Assembly (NCBI GenBank): GCA_964016885.1
Contig: OZ024740.1
Coordinates: 25,916,001-25,980,000 of the forward strand
Direction of reading: 5' to 3'
Source: Eledone cirrhosa
Taxonomy: Eukaryota
Length of the DNA stretch: 64,000 nucleotides
Below are positions 57,830 to 64,000 of this stretch, piece after piece. The notes below the pieces were generated by a model. The model saw only the letters and a list, made by a program, of their open reading frames with translations. It was not told the DNA's origin and did no database searches. The position numbers and the translations under genes were made by a program. The stretch's first letter is position 1; every line of letters begins with the position of its first letter.

Positions 57830-58295
57830 TATCGGTAGAGTGTCAGTCACCATGATTCGCGGCATTGTTACGTCCCTTTACGTTCTGAGTTCAATTCCAG
57901 CCGAGTTTAGCTTTGCCTTTCATACTTACGTAGTAGATGAAATAAAGTACCTGTAATGCACTTGTTCTTATGTTGTTGTTACAGCTCACACCTATGCAGG
58001 TTTAGCTGGCCTCCTCCAAGGTATATCTTGTTGGAGGTGTCTTGGGCGATTTAATGATAGGGACCCCAGTCCCTATCATCTCATTTCTACAGCTGAGTAA
58101 ACTGGAGCAACGTGAAATAAAGTGTCTTGCTCAAGGAAACAACGCATCACCCGGTCAGAGAATTGGACTCACAACCTCTCGATTGCAAGCCCAATGATCT
58201 AACCACGAAGCCATGCGCCTTCACAATGCACTGGGCTCGATTTGATCGACTTTCCCCTCCCTTCAAATTGCTGGCCTTGTACCTAAATCAGGAGT
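57830..58295. mobile_element. Major-family SINE (+) interrupted by a V-domain-like SINE (57963-58224, -)
   Basis: 8-bp TSD AATGCACT at 57955-57962 and 58225-58232; the insert has tggcttcgtggttag and ccttgagcaagacact. Confidence 0.85.
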
Positions 58296-58444
58296 CACTA
58301 TCTTACGACCTCACAATGATAAAAGAACATCATGGTAGGATTTGAAATTGAAAAAAAGCTGACGTAAGAAGAAATAGTGATTTTAATGTTGACGAATTTA
58401 ATGATGCGGACGTTTATGATAATGTTGATTACGATGTTAACAAT

Positions 58445-58748
58445 CATTGTTTCTACTTTTGGTACAAGGCCAGCAATTACCCAGTGTATTACTGGTACTT
58501 TATTTTATCGACCCCGTAAGGAAGAAAGGCAAAGTTAACCTCGGCGAGATTTGAACTCGGAATGGCAAGGGCCGTAACTCTATACGTCAAAGCATGGCGT
58601 CCGATCCTCTACCGATACTGCCAATCCACCACCCTTAATGTTAACAATAATGATTTCTAGTATAGGCCCAAGGCTGGTAATTTTGGCGGATGGGAAAGAC
58701 GATTAAATCGAATCCAGTGTATTACTGGTACTTTATTTTATCGACTTT
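58445..58748 (-). mobile_element. Major-family SINEs: full copy 58445-58635, partial copy 58652-58748
   Basis: Sequence match to the other copies. Confidence 0.88.
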
Positions 58749-58883
58749 GTGAGACCCCATTTGCTCACCATGCGGATTAAGACATATAACCTCTCTTTTT
58801 CTTTTATTTTCTCTTTTAGGGAAAATAAAAGAGAAAGAGAGGTTATATGTCTTAATCCGTATGGTGAGCAAATGGGGTCCCAC
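58749..58883. repeat. 135-bp near-perfect palindrome heading a GC-rich island (to ~59160)
   Basis: gtgagaccccatttgctcacc...ttttctc / gggaaaat...ggtgagcaaatggggtcccac. Confidence 0.85.
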
Positions 58884-59479
58884 GTGCTGGACTCCTCACA
58901 CCCCAGCGGACAGAATGGAGAAGGCGTTTCCCCGGAGGACGGAAAGGAAGATGCGCTGGAAAAGCCACTCCAACTCGCGAGGCTCACACATATGGTGGTG
59001 AGTAGGGAGGTGGCCCTAGGGCTGAGGACACCAGAAGTATCCACTGCCAAGGGCACGACCGCAAACCAGTCGGAGAGCGACCGGTATTTGAAGAGTTTGG
59101 TCTCATCTGACGGACGTGCAGCGAACCTGGATTAGTCGTAGACTGCATCAGGTTGCGAAACGGTTTTAATGCAGATATGTAAATTAAAAGCACACTCTAT
59201 TACGACAAAGCCATAATATATTTCTGAAATATTTGCCAGTAAAATGTTTAGGAAAACAGTGAAAGTTTGAAGGAAATCAAATCAAGTCAATGAATAAGCA
59301 ATAACATTTCTAGAGCAGCACAACTGCTTAATATGGGGAAAAGGTGAATACACAGTAGATTCGATTAGAAATGATATCAAAGGACAGAGTGGTGGGATGG
59401 GGGGAGAGTGATATGATTGAATTGGCATAGCAACGGAAATAGAAATACCAGTGACATACATAATTATTTAAGTACACAT

Positions 59480-60955
<1,476 letters not shown>

Positions 60956-61481
60956 GATTTGAAAAGAACAAATTCCGCCGAACACTCATTGTATGTTATA
61001 TATATTCATAAATAAATAATCGGTAATATTGGAGAAGATTAACAGTTTTATCACGGACTCGCCTTTCGCCATGTCCAGAAATGTTCAGAAAGAGAGGTAT
61101 TCTAAGATATACACAGATAGACAGATAGACAGATAGACACATTTTAACACATTACAGTCGAATATATTCAATATTCTGAAAGCTATAACGGTTGCACGAA
61201 AGAAGGTTCAATGAATCGTGAGAATGCGCCATACTGACAGCTTAAATAGAAACTGTTTTACATCACTTGACTAAGTGATAAAAACTTGTGTCTAAGTTTC
61301 TTCTTCTTCAATATGAATTGATCACAGGTTGCTGTCGTTTATCTGATCATAATCAGGGATCAGATATCAGCGATCATTTTTCTGGCCCCTTTCCGAGGAG
61401 GTCGACAACCTGGTACCCAAACTGGTGTGTAAATACTAATATATATTACTAAATAAAATTATATATATATATATATATATA

Positions 61482-61662
61482 TAACAAAGGAATTGTGGTA
61501 AGGGACCAAATGGACCATAACGCACCAGAATACTCAATACTTAAGGTAGTAGAGTGGGAAATAGGAAAAAGTATGACCCCGACGGCAGAGCTCAAGCCGT
61601 TTCGACGGCTATTTCGTCCTGAAATAGTCGTCGAAACGGCTTGAGCTCTGCCTTTTTCCTAT
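61482..61662 (-). mobile_element. HHR family D remnant (3' half-hammerhead plus tail, with inverted copy) in (TA)n
   Basis: Minus strand: GAC-gaaatagcc-GTC-GAA-ACGGC-ttgagctct-GCCGT-C-ggggtc; the tail contains gtattgagta as in family A. Confidence 0.7.
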
Positions 61663-61681
61663 TATATATATATATATATAT

Positions 61682-62037
61682 GTTAAAATAATGAAATAAA
61701 AAATCAAGTCATTAGAAATATACTTCACTGCTTTACGATCGTTTCTAGGTGATGATAATACATCGTAACTATACCTCGTTATCGATCTACGTAAGGTTAG
61801 TTACAAAATATCAAATAAGGAGAATATTGACTTACATGCATATCACCAGCTGTTGTCAAAAGCAATAATAATTTTATTCAAAATTAGTAGTAAATTAGTA
61901 TAACATATATCATGACTCTGTTTTCCTTTTAATGTTTTATTGTTTTCCGGGATTTATTTTAACCTACAACATTTGCAACATACGGATTACATTGAGTTCT
62001 TCATGCAGACTAGAACCCACAACTTACCGTTGACATC

Positions 62038-62040
<3 letters not shown>
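61682..62040. mobile_element. HHR family E element (inverted HHR arm plus tail) in (TA)n
   Basis: 61682-61880 is homologous to 4260-4455; 61915-62040 is homologous to 5278-5400. Confidence 0.8.
61727..61866 (-). ncRNA. Type I hammerhead variant, family E (U3-A8 core, long loop II)
   Basis: ATTGCTT-TTGACAA-cagctGGTGAT...ATCACCta-GAAAC-GATC-GTA-AAGCAGT. Confidence 0.65.
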
Positions 62041-62068
<28 letters not shown>

Positions 62069-62824
62069 TTGATAGAAAATTTATGTATATATATTTGATT
62101 GAAAATTTAACGGTTGATCAAATATAGTCTATGAATATGAATTCATTAAGACTAATGTACAATCCATTCCTGTAACTAACTTAAAACATTCAATATAAAC
62201 AGTAACTAAAATTTAATTCAACATATGTCATAGAAACGTCTGCAAAAACTGTTTGTTTCTCAACACATTAATTCGAACACTATCAACATTCAACATCCAC
62301 CATAGATTCTAATACATTAACATATTTGCTTAAAGTGCAGTATTTATTCATCTATATACGCATAATAGCTTTGCTCATCTCCTTCTCATGTATATGACTT
62401 ACGCAGTTGCACTATCCATACGCCTGCATATGAATTGTTAATGCACTCTTCCTTTCTCAAAACTACTTTCTCGATGCCACTTTAATAATTGGACTATTCT
62501 CTTGTTTTAGCTGTTGCATGTATTCCACTCCGTGCTTTGAGTTTAATTTAATTTGAATTTGAATTTGAATTTGAACTTGAATGTTTGTACAATTATTGTA
62601 CAATTCTCGTAAAATATATGTCACATCTATTCCACCCTGACAATACGAAATTGTTGCTCACAACATCAATTTATATGCATCTATATTATTGTCCAGTTGA
62701 ATAGGAGGTTAATTATATGTGCAAACATTGATAATACTCCGATGAACTGAAATGAGAGTTTGGATGAAACGATTGTCAGCTATTAAATGATTTGAACACA
62801 ACTTTGATAGTTATATAATTTATG

Positions 62825-62888
<64 letters not shown>

Positions 62889-62893
<5 letters not shown>

Positions 62894-62997
62894 ACCAGTA
62901 AGACCCCGACAGCTGAGCTCAAGCCGTTTCGACGGCTAATTCTGGACTGAATTAGCCGTCGAAACGGCTTGAGCTCAGCTGTCGGGGTCTTACTGGT

Positions 62998-63002
<5 letters not shown>
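62889..63002. mobile_element. Perfect 54-bp-arm palindrome, HHR family D half-hammerheads, in (TA)n
   Basis: 62889-62942 is the reverse complement of 62949-63002; loop tggact. Confidence 0.85.
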
Positions 63003-63044
<42 letters not shown>

Positions 63045-63172
63045 AAGTTATATTTAAAATTGTTGGGTTACAACTAGTAAATATTTATAACTGATATAAA
63101 AGCACTCGACAAATATTTGGAGTATATTTACAATATTAAATAAATGGAAAACTATATTTATAAAACCATATT

Positions 63173-63238
63173 TATTTCATTATATATATTTCGGGGATAT
63201 CATATTAACAATATGCTATGCCTTCATCAGACAAAATA
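63173..63238 (-). ncRNA. Minimal type I hammerhead (family G) in the inverted pLTR upstream of a PLE RT
   Basis: TATTTTGT-CTGATGA-a-GG...catatt-gtt-aatatg...CC-GAAA-T-ATAT-A-TA-ATGAAATA: 8-bp stem I with 2 G-U pairs, palindromic loop III, AUA triplet. Confidence 0.7.
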
Positions 63239-63356
63239 CAATATAAACAGTTTTATAGATAAATAGATTCGACATACCGTAATAACACCGACTTCATTTG
63301 AAGAGGTTTACGCTGGCAGTGAAAAATGTTATACAGAGAGAAAGAAAGAGAGAAAA

Positions 63357-64000
63357 AATGACCTGCCAGTTAGATTGATCGCACCTTCAAAATCGGACCT
63401 GGGCAAATTAAGCAAAAACATTCTTGACAGGGTGATACAGCAAATTAAGAACTTGGATTGTGTATCCAACCTGAGCTTGTGGAAGGGAACTGGAGAGGTT
63501 GTTGAGTGGTTTAGGCAAATTAAATATAACAATAATAATAGGTTTATTCAACTTGATATAGCTAACTATTATTCTTCTATTACCCCTAGTCTACTAAATA
63601 AGGCACTGAATTACGCATTCAAACATACTGACCTAACTAGCAAAGAAATGCATATTATATTATCGGCTAGGAAAACTTTGATAGAATTTAATGACAAATT
63701 ATGGACCAGAGCAGATAGAGATAGCAATTTTGACATAACTATGGGATCTTCCGACTCAGCTCAGGTAACTGACCTTGTGGGCTTATTTTTAATCAATTCG
63801 CTACATAGGAAAATACCTGGTACTACCGGAGGTTTATATAGGGATGACATGCTTTTACTTATTAATAATAATAACCCTGAACTAAATAGAAAATGTAAAC
63901 AAATTACAAATTTTTTTAATTACTTTAACCTTAAAATAGAAATTGAGAACAACCATAGAATAGTCAATTTCCTAGATATAACATTAAATCTCAACACATG
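63357..64000 (+). CDS. Penelope-like element reverse transcriptase (Naiad-like), 5'-truncated, open to the window end
   Basis: Stop-free frame missed by the ORF track: LPVRLIAPSKSDLGKLSK...LWKGTGEVVEWF...FIQLDIANYYSSI...FDITMGSSDSAQVTDLVG...GLYRDD...VNFLDITLNL. Confidence 0.88.

Noticed and set aside
58749-59135. 128-aa ORF with an apparent splice acceptor at ~58819
   Set aside because: The polypyrimidine tract is one arm of a palindrome and no protein family is recognisable.
62100-62810. Decayed coding-like minus-strand sequence (KEECINNSYAGVW)
   Set aside because: Compatible with unrelated families depending on assumed frameshifts; needs TBLASTN.

Overview
AT-rich, repeat-dominated animal genomic DNA, most likely from an octopus or another coleoid cephalopod. 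That assignment is inferred from the tRNA-derived SINE families and the extreme microsatellite load. No intact host gene is evident; only a weak two-exon candidate appears at 47.6-47.9 kb. Almost all long ORFs in the track are artefacts of micro- and minisatellites. Real coding remnants are all transposon-derived: a Neptune-type Penelope-like element (PLE; RT plus GIY-YIG) with 463-bp inverted terminal repeats, a second PLE RT of Naiad-like type running off the right end, four Tx1/L1-clade fragments sitting in (GATA)n tracts, an R4/Dong-like restriction-endonuclease fragment, RTE ends and a pogo fragment. The most notable signal is a dense set of short, often palindromic elements embedded in (TA)n. 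By manual folding, these carry type I hammerhead ribozyme (HHR) motifs of at least 7 distinct sequence families. They include non-canonical cores (U3-A8, U4A, A13C, U10.1-U11.1, long loop II), stem I covariation between copies, half-hammerhead palindromes and one 657-bp unit with a circularly permuted, retrozyme-like layout. All folds and alignments were done by eye and need computational and biochemical confirmation.
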